NCBI RefSeq assembly: GCF_009914755.1
Contig: NC_060936.1
Strand: one strand, 5' to 3'
Length of the DNA stretch: 64,000 nucleotides
Source: the human T2T-CHM13v2.0 reference genome, Homo sapiens
Shown: positions 26,440 to 40,765 of the stretch, one piece after another
Layout: each line of letters opens with the position of its first letter
Numbering within the stretch: the stretch's first letter is position 1
Made by a program: the position numbers and the translations under genes
Notes under the pieces: generated by a model
The model's database searches: none
Told to the model about the DNA's origin: nothing
What the model saw: only the letters and a program-made list of their open reading frames with translations

Positions 26440-26960
26440 TCTTTAAGGACGCACTCTGGGCTGGACGCTGTGTTAGATTCTGTGGACAAAACAGACCAAA
26501 AGCACAGGAGAGGGGCTGCACACCCAGCCAGGTGAGGGGGTGGTCCAGGAGGATGTGATGCAGGTGTGAGTGAATTAGGGATGGGAGAGAAAGGTGTTGC
26601 AGGTGGAGGGAACTTCATATGTGAAGACATGAAATCATGACAGCAAGAAAGATTTGGGGTGGCACTATCAGGTTGGTATTCTTGGAACCAAGGATACAGA
26701 AGGAGGAAACAAGAACTTCAGAAATGATGGGCTGAGACTGGATCGTGTCTGGCCTCCTGAGCCACAGTCGGGAGTCTGAACTCTTCTTATCTCAAGAGGA
26801 ATCCAAAGGATTTTAATCATGAAAGTGACTCAGTGAGGTATGCTTTATAAAGACGGTCCTAGCTGCAGTGGACAAGAAAGATTGGCAGGAGAGAGATGGG
26901 AGACAGAGAGACCAATTAGAAGGCTACAGTCCAAGATCTGAATAGCAGGGATACTTGTCA
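26440..26960 (-). mobile_element. L2 fragments
   Basis: gagacagagagaccaattagaaggctacagtcca and neighbouring degenerate L2 motifs. Confidence 0.45.
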
Positions 26961-28494
26961 GAGCAATTTCTTTGAGGCATTTGGTCTCTGATTGCTGGTG
27001 ATCTTCCCCAGCCTCGTGTGTTTGCAATGACTCTAAACTGCAGAGAAAAGCCATTTACTCATGTTCACCTGCCGCATTGCACACTTAGCCTTGCCCTGTG
27101 GTCGCACACTTTGTCGGGAGAGTTGTGAGTTGTACTGCAAAGGAAAGAGGACTTGGGGGTCAGCTACCCCACTGTAAACCCCCGAAGCATCCTATGTTGT
27201 CACATCCTTAAAAAGTGCTGGTTATTATGCCCGATCCTTTCCACCCATGAAACTGTTGGGATCGCCTAGTCAATTACTAGTCAAGTGGGGTAATGTGCAT
27301 TTCATTAGAAGCCTCTCATTTCAGATATACAAGGCCGTATATGAAATGAAATATTCTGAAGTTTTTTTTTTTCAGCCAGTGATTGGGCATTGTAATTAAG
27401 AAGGCATTGTGCCTGATTTCCAATCTTTTTCTTTATTTAAATTTAATTGATTTTCTCCTTGATTTAATCAACCCGAATTCAGCTACCGGTGCCCCTCTCC
27501 ACTCAAATGCTCAGGAGAACTCTGATTCTTAAAGATGTACATCCATGCCTGGAAAACGTGGGGTGTCATCCTGTCTTAACCCCTAACCTTTGTTAGCTGG
27601 TATGACAGGTGTCGGGATCTCTGGGACCTCGGTGGTTCTACTCAGGGAGGAAGGAGGAAGGGTTGGTTTTACATCTTTGAAACCTGGCTTTGCTGTGTGA
27701 CCTCAGGTGAATTCCTTAACCACACTGTGCCTCAGTTTCCTCTCCTTTAAAATAGGAGAAAAAATATTGTCTTCACAGCATTGTGGTGAGCACTAAATTA
27801 TGTATAATATAATTATATAATTAACATATATATATTGCACTTAGAACAATGACTAGAATATAAGTACTAAGGTATTACCTGTTATTATTTCCACACCATT
27901 GTCTATGTGATAACTCATTTAATCCTCACAACAATGGTCTTAGGTTATAAACATTTAAGGTTATGAAAGAGAAACTCACAGATAGTAAGTGGCTCGACTC
28001 AAGTCCTGATGTTAATTCCAAAGCTCACACTCATGTGTGTCATCTCTCCCACCATGTGGCTCCTTCTTCCCATGTTGCACGTGGGAAAAACAGAAGTTTC
28101 TGAAGTTAAGTTCCTTAGTCAAAATCACTCAGCTAGGGGTGGCAGAGCCAGGACCTGAACCAAAGTCATTCTGGGAGCAATTACCATTGCATTATTTCTC
28201 AGCTATCTCTCAGAGCGAGAGCAGGCAACAGCTTCAAAGCCACACAGCAACAAAGGCTGTGAAGTGCCCTAAATCTACTCATTCGTTAGTCTTCAATCTT
28301 TCTTTTTTCAAGAGTCCAGACGTATAACAGGTGATGTTTACATACATAACATAGCCCCATGCATAAACCCAAGGTCACATGATGTTAACATTCTGAGCAC
28401 ACAAGCCCCAATCCGCACCTTTCTTTCCTGCTTAAGAAAGCATAACAGAACACAACTGAGGGTGAGGAGCTTTATCATAGAAGGAATTTGGAAT

Positions 28495-29350
28495 CCATTT
28501 GCTTGTTCATTTAACAAATATTAATTGAGCCTTTACTGTATACCAGGCACTATTCAAAGATCCGAGAAATAGCTGTGAATGAAACAGACCAAAAACCTCT
28601 ACCCTAATGAAACTTAGATTCTAGTGGGAGTAAGGGGCTCGTCCAATAAACAGCACAAATATGTAAATGATCATATTATATTACAGGGTAATAAATACTA
28701 TAGACAGAAATAAAGCAGGAGGAGAGAAACATACATTGGGGAGGGAGTACCATTTTAAATCACGTTTGTATAGGCTTGTCAGGGAACACGTATCACTAAA
28801 AAGGTCATATTTGAGCAAAGACTTGAAGAAAGTAAGGAAGTTGTAGCTATTTGGAGAAAGAGTGTTCTAGGCAGTGGGAACAGCCCGTGCAAAACTCCTG
28901 AGGCAGGAGTGTAACTGGTGCATCAGGGAACAGCAAAGAGACCTGTGGGACCAGAGTGGAGAGAACAAGGGGAAAGGAGCAGGAAGTGAGGTCAGAGTGG
29001 TAACAGGGGCCGGACTGTGTAGACCTTGTAGTTACTTTGGCTTTAGGGAAGTGATCAGAGGGCTTTGACTGGAGCAGCACCATGATGTGGCTTAATTTGA
29101 GTAGGATCCCGCCAGCCGCCTTCTGGGGAACAGGATGCAGGAAGGCAAGAAGCAGGGAGACCCATTAGGAGGCCTTTGCAATAATGCAGGTGCAAGATGA
29201 TGAGGGCCTGGACCAGGGCGCTAGCCATGTACATGAGAGAAGTGATTGGATTCTGAATGTACTTTGAAGTTAGCATCTAGATTTGCTGATAGGTCAGAAC
29301 TGGGGTCTGAAAGAGAGAAGTCAAGGACAACACCAAGGTTACCACCAGAA
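28495..29350 (-). mobile_element. L2a
   Basis: ttcatttaacaaatattaattgagc...tttgagcaaagacttgaag...gggcctggaccaggg...agaagtcaaggacaacaccaaggtt. Confidence 0.85.
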
Positions 29351-30549
29351 CAGCTGATGAAGATTCATGTATTTATACCTTTACTTTAATTGGAAACCAT
29401 TCTCAAATTTTAGTCTTTAATAATCATTAGTAGCAAAGCCATGACAGAGCTTACAGTTGATCATGACGGATCAGCACGCCACACAGTAGCTGACAGCCAC
29501 TGGGTTGTTCTGCAGGGAGAGATTGTTTCTCGAGTTTGTAGCATTCCTGGCTTGGACTTGTGGGTCCCAGGATCAGCCTCATTATTCGGCAGGAGTTACA
29601 GAGAGTGGGCTGAACTCCCAGCAGGGGCCTCTAAAGGGCTCAGCCGCTCCTTTGAACAAGAGCCAAGACCCTCCACAAAGAGAAGTCCCACACCCTGTCC
29701 AGCCTCTGTCCCTCCTCCTCTTCCATTAGATGTAAAGCCACCCCCCATCCCCGCCTCCACCACGCTGGCCTCATCATTTCTTTCTTAGCATCTCCCATCT
29801 TCCTTTCAGCCAGTGTAATTTGGGAAAATGTGGACCTGTAGGGGCTTTGGCAGAAAACCTTTGATTGATCTTCTCAAATGGGCTGCTCTCTAGCGAGAAG
29901 GAGAATGTGCTCGTGATTTCCCCCCCTTCTTTTAAATTGCAACAAAAGGCAAAATCCTATTTTCTTCCTCAGACTGTTGCAGTGCATAAGGATGCATTTG
30001 AATGCTGAGCCAAGCCATCCTAGCTGGTGATTCAGCCCCGCGGGCGCTGTGATGAGATGAAGGCTTCACTTGCTGCCAGCCCTGCACCCAGCAGCCCCGT
30101 TTGACCTCCTCATCCTGGAGCCAGCCCCACCCTGGGCCTCCAGCCAGGGGAAGCAGTTCTGGCAGAGTGAGCAGTGACAGAGTCTCCAGAAGAGCCCTCC
30201 AGTGTAGCCTGAAGCACAAGATGTCAGAAAAGCAGGGCTCTGCTTGCTGCTTTGCCACTCACTGGCTATATGACCCAGAGCAGGTCAGGTCCCTTCTCTG
30301 AGCCTTATATGGAGAAGGGTTTGGACTTGGGGACTTTAGCATTCTGCCTGATCTTTATGCCTTAAGACTGCTTAGCAGAGCAGAAGCTCAAGAAAGATCT
30401 GAGGAAGGAGAGAAAGAACATAGGAAGGAAAGCGGGGAAGGAGAGGAGGATTTGATAAGGGGAGTGAAGTCTGGTGTTTCCTTCAATTCAGGACCCCCCT
30501 TGTGAAAGCTCCAGGGCAGTTGGGCAGTTGATCTTTTTTCTGGAGCACA

Positions 30550-31115
30550 GCCATGTGCTGCAGCCCTTCAGACCCTACTCAGTTCCCAGGCACAGCCAAA
30601 GTAGCCAGTGTTGTCACTGACCTGCCCATTTCCCCCCAACCACCCACCATTTCTGAGCACACCAGCTTGACTTCTAACTCATGGGACCTGCGACTCCTTA
30701 CCTGAGTGTACTCCGGTCATGGAGCATTTTCATTTTGCCTCATTCAGCTTGATCACCTCCTGTCCATTTTTCAGATTTTAATATAGGCATCACTTCTTCC
30801 AGGAAGCCTTCCCTGATTTCTGCCATACACAAGGCAGGAATTACTGTCTCTTTGGAGCAGCCTTCAACTAATGACTGATGGGAGCTGGTGGATAAATATC
30901 CCAGCTCCCTGGTGCTTAGGTGGAACAATTCTGAGGTCTATAGCCTGCACAGGTTCCCAGGATTCCCCAGAGATATTAAGCTCCAGCCACCTGCAGCAGT
31001 AACTGGCTTTCTTCCCTGTTTCCCTTCCCAATGTCCTTACCAGAGCATCCTAGGATCATGTCACAAATAAATTACTTGCCCCAGAATTCTTATGTCTAAT
31101 GCTGCATATAAGGGA
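30550..31115 (+). mobile_element. LTR16-family ERVL LTR (with an internal L2 scrap at ~30740-30830)
   Basis: aatgactgatgggagctggtggataaatatcccagctccct...attaagctccag...caaataaattacttgc. Confidence 0.6.
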
Positions 31116-31429
31116 ATGGTCCCATTCCCAAGATGGCCAGGGACATTTGCTGGTCAGCTGGTGCTTTGGAAAATGGACTCAGAACTATTGTCCTCAGAGC
31201 TGAGCTGACAGTGCAGCTGCCCAGAACATTGCTAGGTGCCTACAGTGAGCTTGGATTTGTGCTAGAGGAGATAACAGCAGCTGGGCATCTAAATACACAG
31301 AGAAGATCCAATCAATAGGACTTGGCCATGCAGAGACACAGGGAGAAGGCATTTGAAGTGGGCAGAACAGCACAGACAAGACGTAGAATTTGGGGTTATT
31401 TTTTATGTCCTGCAAAGCATCACTGAGCT

Positions 31430-31640
31430 ATTGCCATAAGCCATGCACATTACAAAGTGCATCACCTCATTGAATCCTCACTACGGCCCTACACAGCAAG
31501 CACTATTACACTTCCCATTTTACAGGTGCAGGAACTGAGGCAAAGAGAGGGAAATTCATTTGCCTGAGATCACATAGCAAGTCTGTGGCACAGCTGGAAT
31601 TTGAACCCAGCCCTCTGAGATCACAGTCTGACTGCTGTAG
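31430..31640 (-). mobile_element. MIR
   Basis: ctcattgaatcctcac...cccattttacaggtgcaggaactgaggc...ggaatttgaacccag. Confidence 0.75.
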
Positions 31641-32336
31641 AAGGTGAATATTGGAGGAGAGGAGAGGGAAGAGAGCAGGGGAAGAGAACTCCTGAACACC
31701 AAACAGAGGGATTCTATTGTCCTCTGCACCCTGGAACTGAGGAGCTACCTCTTCTGGAAGGTGAGAGGGGAAGGCAGGCAAACAACTGGACATCACAGCA
31801 GGATATGAGGACTAGAGTCATGCACTATTTCTGTGTGCAGCATCCTCTGCGGAAACCCATCTGCCCTTCAGTACCTGCCTATCTTGAAGAAATATGTATT
31901 ACATATCCCAGTGTACTGAGATTCAGGAATTGCCTCCAGTGGACTATTTGTAGCTACATTGATAGTGAGATACACTGCCATCTGCTGCCTGCCCCCTTAG
32001 TTAACCTCTCCCTTGCTGGCTTGATTGGGCTATTTCTCTAGTTGGTTCTCTCATTCAACCAATGTTTACTGAAGACGGATGGAGGGCCCATCATTTTCTT
32101 AGGTGCTGAGGATAAAATGGAGCAGAAGTCTCAGGCTATGCCTCAAAATTCTCATAGTCCGGTGGGGGAAAATAGAGAATTGCAATGGAGGGGGATTGTG
32201 CACACAAAGAAGGGACACAACAGGCTGAATAGTCAGGGGAGGCTTCCTGAAAGCGGTGACATCTGAATTGAAATCTGAAAAATGGGCAGGAGATGATCAA
32301 GTTGAAGGAGGCAAGGTGAATGATGCCAGTTTTTAA

Positions 32337-32890
<554 letters not shown>

Positions 32891-32939
32891 TGCTGCATCT
32901 AGCAGAAAGAACAAAGACAGCCAAGATGCTGGGACTTTT

Positions 32940-33440
32940 CAGAGTACTGCAAGGCCTTCAGATGGTTTGAGCATGGTGAGTGAGAAGCAGCTGAGAATGA
33001 CAAACCTAGAGAAGTAGGTGACGCCAGAAATTGAAGACGCATGAGAGCCATGTTGAGAAGTTTGGACCTGCTTTTGGGGGCTCTGCACAAGAGAATAACA
33101 TGATCCAATCTGCATTTTGGAAAAACAGCTTTGTCTCCTGCATGGACATCAGGCTGGCCAGGGTCAGGGTGAAAGCTAAAAGCTGCTCTGGAGGCTGCTG
33201 CAGTTGTCTGGGTGAGAGACGGTGGTGGCTTGGACCAGGAGGTGGCAATGGAGATGGAGGCTGAGATGCTTTGGAGTCAGAATGGGCAAGAAAGTGAGAG
33301 AAAGAGGATGGAGGGTGGTGGCCAGGCTGCTGCTTGGATGAGTAGGAAGCCGGTAGAGCTAGAGGACACTTTGTAAGGCAGGTAACACGTTGACGTTTGG
33401 TCACATTAAGTTTGAGGTGCCTGTGGGACTTTCATGTGGA
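32940..33440 (-). mobile_element. L2 fragment (continues a piece at ~32050-32320)
   Basis: ggtggtggcttggaccaggaggtggcaatggagatgga...attaagtttgaggtgcctgtggga. Confidence 0.7.
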
Positions 33441-34494
33441 GAGGTAGAAAGAACACTCAAGCCTCTTTAGGAAAAAGAGATGACCAGGAAGGCCAAACAC
33501 CTAGGCACTTATTGTTAACATCCTTTTTGTTCCCCAAAGCATCCCAGTTTGAACAATGGATTACAGGGCCACCCTCAACGTAACTAACCTGCCTGTATGG
33601 CACATCTGGATATTGAAAACATCTGGGTCCAGGCTCCACGTCCCTCATACACACACACAAAAGGATACACCCTATATACTTATTTGGATATTCTTAGTTG
33701 GGCGCAAGTAAAAATATGGCTATGAATATGCAGTTCCTAGAGAGGCAGTTTCATTGTGGCTGAGAGATGTCTGATCCATCTAAAGTGCTTTGCTTCCATC
33801 CTGTTCCCAACCCTTGTCTCAGCCACAGGTCCCACCACCAGGGGCTGAGAAATATTTGTACAGGGAAACAAGACTCTGTCTTCACCCCACCAGCCAAATA
33901 GGTAACTGGTGGAACCAAGCCATAGCCATGAATTTTTCTGAATGTTATGGCCTCTTCTACTCAAACTATACTCTAGAGCAACCAGAGTGGTTGATGTTTT
34001 GCTCCCTGAAAAGGAGGATGCCATAGTGTACATTCACAGAGGCAAGTGCAGTCTGGGCTTATGCAGAAGGATGCAGCAGGGCCCCTTCATGGGGAAGAGG
34101 GAGTGGGCTGGTGCACAGCTTTCTGGTTGTGTGTTTCTTATCTGTATCAGCCATATAGATCAAAATAGCTGTAGGAAGAAGCCAGAGCTTTGGCTAGATG
34201 GTTGATCCCTAAGGGCAACGAATACCCCCAGAGTTTTGAGCCTAGAAAAGATCCCTCTCAAAGTCCTTGCCACCGATTTCTTTTGAAGGATCTCACTCAG
34301 CAGTGTCCATTGTGACTGAAGTCTGGAGGTAGAGTTCCAAACCCCAACTCTAAACACCAATCTCACAGCTGTAGAAGGATACAAAGCTTTCTTGCCCCAT
34401 TATGTGTTGCTCTCAGATGCCCAAGGTGGGAGGCAGTGCTGGGGCTGGAGGATCTATGCGTGGTTCCCATGGTGTCCACCCCAAGAGGTGTACT

Positions 34495-34720
34495 ATGGTG
34501 AAAGGGTTAAAACCATGGACTCTGGAGTCAGATCGTCTGGGTTCAAATTCCTTCTCTACCACCTTTTAATGGGATCTCCTATGACCTCAGTTTCTTCATT
34601 GGTAAAACAGGATTGATCATTGTACCAGCCTCTAATAATTGCCATGAGAATGACAAGATCAAACACATGCAAAGCACTTAGAACAGTACCCAGCACATAG
34701 CTGGTGCTCCACGAATATCC
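34495..34720 (+). mobile_element. MIR (near full length)
   Basis: ggttaaaaccatggactctggagtcagatcgtctgggttcaaattcc...aaagcacttagaacagtacccagcacatag. Confidence 0.85.
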
Positions 34721-36314
34721 ACTGTAACTAGTGGGAATAACAGCATTGACAATGGTGCTGTCAGTCATAAAATCCAACCATAGAGATAGAGGCAGGTGAA
34801 AGAAGCCAGGAGAAGGAACAAGGAGGAAAAAGGAGTGGAAACAGGGCCTTTTGCCTGCCAGGGCCTGGCTCAGAAGCTCCCAGAGGTCCATGTAATGACA
34901 TTTCATTCGGACTTTTTTTTATTGGAATGAGAAATGAAAGTTCTGTGTCAGAAATCATTGCAAATTCCAAATTAGTGAGGTTTCATGGTCCCCAGAAACG
35001 CGCTGGAGGGAATATTGGTCGATGGGGTGTTTTTTTAGCTGTCGGAGGAAGCTGGCTGATTGACTGAGTGTCTCAGTCTATAGACTGTGCAGACAGCAGC
35101 CTGGGAACTGGGCATAGGAGAGGAAATAGGGAGAAGATGGAATAGCAGTCAGCATGGGGGATGCAGAGACATGATCCGCAGTGGAAAGAGACATAATTAT
35201 ACCAAAAACTGTGTAGACACAGGTCTGTCTGGAGTGGGGCCCATGCTCAGTCTGGAGACCAGGCACACGCAGCCACCTTTCCTTGAGAACACTGGGCTCC
35301 CTCACTTGCTCACTGCGTGTCCTCAGGCAAGCCACTGCACCTCTCTGAGCCTGTTTTCTCATCTAAAAACGACTCTTACAATACCCACCTCAAGAGTTTA
35401 CTATGGGACTTAAATGAAATGATGGGTTTTAATTGTCTGATGAGGTGCTTAGTACATACTAGGTCCTCAATAAATGTGAGGTCCCTTTACTCTGACACAA
35501 TGAGCTGGGGAAGTTGGTAGGCCCATGCTTCAGCCTTTGAACATAATTGCTGTGTTGGGAGATGACAGCTCTCATCCTTAAATTGGGGGATTATGGGCCA
35601 CATTGGTAGGTTCTGGGCCCTACTGTGCTGCCCCACAATACTCAGAAGGAGATAAAATGATGGGGATGACTTCCATCCAGAGAAGAATCTGACTTACAAA
35701 AGTCCTGGAATTGGACAGCTTCATCAGAGGTCACTGGGGCCAGTCCCCTGACTTCAGGTTCCGCAAAGGATTCCAGGCAAATTAAAAGTCATGCACCCCC
35801 CTCAACGGTGATTGGGAAAGAATAATCCACAGGGCTCCTCACCAAGCAGAAATTATTTCTTATATTGAAGTTACTGAGCCTCTTTCAATAATAATTGCAA
35901 TGATAATTATAATAATAAAACATTGTGCTTAGTTTAATGTATATTTCCCATAGCTACTGCAATACGTAAGGTATTATCATCCTCATCTTTAAAATGAGAA
36001 AACCGAGGCTTAAATAGTTGAAGGACTTTGCCCAAGGCCACCAGTGATGTCTTGGAGGGATTCACAAAGAGATGCTGGAACACAGTGCAGTAAAGAATTG
36101 ATTCCTTTTGGGGGGCGTGGGGGTGGGTAATAAGTGGGGGGCCACAAAAGGAGGTTGGGATAGTTAAGCTGAGATATGAAGGATGAGTGAGGCTTCTCCT
36201 GACAGACAAGGGTAGAGAAGGCACTCTGGGCAGAGGGATCAGCTTGAACAAAGCCAGAGAGGTTGGAAGACTAGGTCCCAAAGGCTATTTACAATGAATA
36301 ATTACAATTACAGT

Positions 36315-36520
36315 GACAGCTAACATTGATTAAGTGCTTACTCTGCACAAGGAATGGTGTTAAGCACTTTGCGTGCATCATCTCCAGGAGCTGGACACTA
36401 TCGTTATCCCAGTTTTGCAGAAGAGAGATGAAGTGACTCGCCCGGGATCACAGCTTGAAAATGGCAGGATCAGCTTTTCAGCTCGAGTCTGCCTGATTCC
36501 CAAGCCCCCGGTGTCTCCTG
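36315..36520 (-). mobile_element. MIR
   Basis: cagctaacattgattaagtgcttactctg...gaagtgactcgcccgggatcacagc. Confidence 0.7.
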
Positions 36521-37177
36521 GTTGTTCAGTCCCTGCCCCTCATCAACAGAGAAGCCATGCAGTTTAAAGAGAGCCCATATGAGAGCCCATCTTAGCATAG
36601 ACCCTCTGCCCATGTGGTCGGGAGGGTGCTGTGCCAAGATGACCTAGTCTGTTTTTGCCGAAACCCACCGCACCACCCCAAGTCCTTTTGGAGCCACGGG
36701 GAACCCACCAATTGGTAGGAGATAATCATGAAGCTGACTGCCTAATAAAGATAAAGCTCTCTAATAAACCCACAATCCTGAGGTAATGGGTTTGACTTTT
36801 AAAAGGCAGATAAAAGTCCCAACGGAAGGACAGACATTTCCTATCAACTCCTTATTCAGAATCACTGTGGAGGAGGCATTTCCTACAGGTGGGAACAGCT
36901 GGATGCCTGGGTTGGCATTGAGAAATGGCCACTTTTGCATAAAGCCAGACATCTCCTCTCTCCAGAGCTCCCTCTCTCCCATGGAGAATCCTTTGTCAGA
37001 GAAGAATGATAATGACAAAGGATGGAGCCTACGGAATAAGCCTAAAGGAGGTTGAATGGAAAGGGTGGATTTGAGAGCTTGCTGATGATTGGTGCTGGAG
37101 CTGCAGAGTTGGAGTCTTCTGAGAACTCTGTGCTGATTGGTGGAGTTGGTATAGACCACCCTCTCTATTCATCCTGC

Positions 37178-37285
37178 CATCATCCTCAATATCATCATCA
37201 TCATCATCATCCTCACCATTATTACCATGACTATCATCATCAGTAACATTATCACCATCATCACCATCACCATCATCATCATCAA
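37178..37285 (+). repeat. (CAT)/(CAC) trinucleotide repeat at the tail of an antisense MIR (~37285-37490)
   Basis: catcatcatcatcatcatcctcaccattattaccatgactatcatcatc... Confidence 0.9.
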
Positions 37286-37715
37286 ACATATATTGAACAT
37301 TTATTAGGCAACAGGGAAATATGCATTTTATAACTGCCTTATGAAGCAGGTAATATTAACATCTCTGATAACATTTCCCATTCTCAGATGGGAAAACTAA
37401 GTCTTGATAATATTAAAGAACTTCCTGTGGGTCACACAGCCAGGAAGCAGCAAAGCAGATTCAAACCCAGGTCTATTTGACTCCAGTTAATACAATCCAG
37501 TTTCTCTGTTGACAAGGGGCAGGGACCAAATAACTAGGAGACCCTGGAAGCTTAGGAATCAGGCAGACTCGAGCTGAAATGTTGATTCTGCCATTTTCAA
37601 GCAGTGATCTTGGGGGAGTCACTTAATCTGTCTTCTGCAAGTGATGGTTAAATACTTAACCATCATTTTGCATTTAGTATTAATAGTTTGATAGAGGAAA
37701 ACATGGTGTGGGTCT

Positions 37716-38105
37716 ATGTCTTAGATGGAATTCACAAGAAAGAAAGCCTGAGATAGAGGTCTGCGTGCATGTGACTTATTGAGATAGGAGAAAGGGAGTG
37801 AGGAAGCAGGATAGGACAGGGGAAGAAAGCTAAGAAAAGATATAGTTTCAACTGGACTCAAGCCTCAGCCTGATCCTAAGGGGAGCTCTGGAATGTGGAT
37901 TCCACCATAGAATTGGTCTGACCTTGAGGCAAGGGGGCAGGTCTTTTGTACTCCTATGTCAGCTAGTCATTGGCTATGGGCCTCCCTCCCCACATCCCAC
38001 CAGGAGTGGGCAAAATCTTCTGGAAGGGGCATCCCTGAGGCATTTGCAGCCAACATTCCCACCTATCTGGAAAGAGATCTAGGATCTGACCAACAGCATC
38101 CACTG
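37716..38105 (-). mobile_element. LTR33-like ERVL LTR
   Basis: tgtcttag...agcctgagata...gcctgatcctaaggggagctctgga...accttgaggcaagggggc...agtcattggct. Confidence 0.65.
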
Positions 38106-39689
38106 TGCTGCAGACAAACAGAGCTGATGGTCCTTTCTTAGCCCCTAACTCACCAAGTGTCCCTGAGTGTAGCACTCGCCCCTACTGGACCTCAGTTTCT
38201 CCAGGCTTGGACTCAATGCTCCCCAAAGGCTGGCCCAGCTCTGACAAGTTCTCACTCTGATCTGGCAACAATGCAACTGACCAAGCTGGCAATCTCAGTT
38301 TCTGTAACCCAGGAGGAGAGACAAGGAGACCCCTCTGGTGGCCCCAAAAGTGTGAAGCAAGGTGTCTGACAGCTTCTCCCACTGAAGCCCTTTATCTCAC
38401 TTCTTGCTGTGTTATTTTAAAACTAACAAGCCCAGACCGCAGGAGCTCACAGCCTGCCATGGAGATTTGTGGCTTGTCTGGTCTGTCCTCTCTGCAGATT
38501 TCAGCAGCGGCTTACTGTCTGCTTGTTAGGAATTTTCTCCCAAGCCTCAGCCTCTGGCACGAGTGTGTGTGTGTCTGCAGAGCAGAAAGTCCTAACTGAG
38601 CCATCCTCTCAGAAGCCCCCTGTCTGCAGTTCTAGCTGATGACAGGATCCTGTGAGTGACCCTGCAGTGGAGGGAGAGACAAATTTATCCCTGGACTGTA
38701 GAGAGAGAAGCCTGAACTCAGCAGGAATTGGGTTTCTGTAGCATTTCTAGGTTCCAGGATCATTTCTAGGTTCTGAAGTAGCCACTCAGCTTGGTGGTAG
38801 GAAGCCAAGGCCTCAGTGTAGGGGGATCTCCTGGGACCCTCAAGAGCACTTCAACCTCCCATCCCTCTCCTTCCCAGGATCCCTTGCCTTGGCTGTTTGA
38901 GGAAAGGTAGTCAGAGTCACAGTGAGTGGGTCTCCAGAGGCAATCTTTGCAAGTGAGGCTGGAGACCAGTGTCGTCTGTTCCTGGAAAATGTGGCTGATA
39001 TTCAAAGTACCACCATGTGCCAGATACTAAGTGCTGGACATGCATCATCTCATTTCATTCTTGCAGCAACCTTGTAAAGTGATTGCAATTTGCGGTTTCA
39101 CCAGGGAGGTGAAAGGACTTGCCCAAGGTCACCCAGCTGGTGAGTGGTCAGGCAGAGTCTATCCGATGGGTCTACTCACTATGCACTCCCAACTCTCCCT
39201 GGTTAGTAACTCTGTCCCCTCTGTGCAGCTTGCCTTGTATCCTCTGAGCACACATGCCTTTCCCCAGTCAGGATGTCTCCTTTCTCAGCCACTTCCACCC
39301 CATACCCCTATATGAGAGTTTCTAATGTACCTGCTGCATCCCTTCCTCTGGACTGTGCACTTGAGGGAGAGGCTTATGTTTGGATCATCTTGAAACAACC
39401 CTCCTCAGGAGTAAAATGATGCTTAGCAGATGAATGAGTGAATGAATAGCTGAGGAATGACTGGATGAATAAACGCACAAACAATAAATGAATCACTGTG
39501 TCTAAATGAATAACTTGGAGCTGTCAGTCACTTTATATTTTAAAAGCCAGTCCACCAGGCTGGGGCACTTCTATTGAGCCATCTTCTTATTTAAAACCCC
39601 ACTGGTAGAATGCCACTGGAGCTTACCTCCCTCCTCAACTTTCACCCTTAATCTAGTTAGTTACTAGCCTGGTGTTCGTTCCATCTTAC

Positions 39690-40765
39690 TCCCAGAAGAT
39701 CCAGTCTCCTGGCTTTAAACACTGTCCAAATGCTATCATCTCTCAAACGCATTTCCCTAGCTCTGATCTCTTCTCTGAACTCCAGGCTCATGTACCCACT
39801 TGCCCACTTGCCATCTCAACATAGATGTCTAACTGACATCTCAAAATCTAACTGGCATCTCAAAAACTGAGCTTTAGAAGACTCTTCCAAAACATGCTTC
39901 CCCATCTCAGTTGTTCCAGCTCAGTGATTGGCAGCAAGAGCCTCCCAGTTGCTCAGACCTAAAACCTTGGAGTCATCCTTGGCCCCTCTCTTTCACACTC
40001 CATAGCCAATCCATGCAAAAACTCTGTTGATTCTACCTTCAATAAAAGTCCATAATCTGGCCACCTCTCATCACTACTGCAGAAAAAACACTGACCCCAG
40101 CCACCGTCTTCTTCATATGGATTATTGTAGTCATTTCTTCACTGGTCTTCCGTATCTATTCCAGATCCCTGGCCATATAGGCTCAGCAAGATGCCAGAGG
40201 GATCCTTTAAAACCTAAGTCAGAACATATCTATCCAATGAAGCCTCCAATGGCATCTCATCTCACCGAGAGGAAAGAGCCAAGTCCCTGTGAAAGCCCAC
40301 CAGATTCTTATACCTGATCCCTCATTACCTCTCTGACTTTACCTCCTACTAATCTCCCCTTTGCTCCCTCAGCTCCAGCCACACTGCTAATTCTTCACTG
40401 CATTCCATATGTTCCTGCCTCAGGGCCTTTGCACTGGCTCCACTCTGCCTGTTATGTTCTCCTGGGCATGCTCAAGGCTCACTCCCTCATCACTTTCAAG
40501 TCTTTGCTCAAATCTCACCTTCTCAATGAGGGCTTCTCTGATTACCCAGTTTAAAATTGCAAGCCCCTCGCAGTAGTATTCCATCTCCCCCCTAGCACTT
40601 ATTACCTTCTAATATTTACCACTTAATTATGTTTATTTTCTGCTCTCTTCCTACCTCCACCCATTGCAGTACAATGTGAGCTCCACCAAGCAAGGTTTTT
40701 TTCTCTATCTTGTTCCCAGTGCCTGCACATAATAGATGCTCAATAAATATTTGTTGAATGAAGAA
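39690..40765 (+). mobile_element. L2a (long 3' fragment)
   Basis: ccagttgctcagacctaaaaccttggagtcatcctt...cctcagggcctttgcactggc...tgctcaataaatatttgttgaatgaa. Confidence 0.88.

Noticed and set aside
29470-29490. Second RE1-like site (ATCAGCACGCCACACAG) and isolated half-sites at ~17100, 32100 and 47200
   Set aside because: The GGACAG half is missing or has several core mismatches.
36761-37289. Overlapping 64-132-aa ORFs around the (CAT)n repeat
   Set aside because: Low-complexity or chance ORFs with no recognisable protein or splice context.
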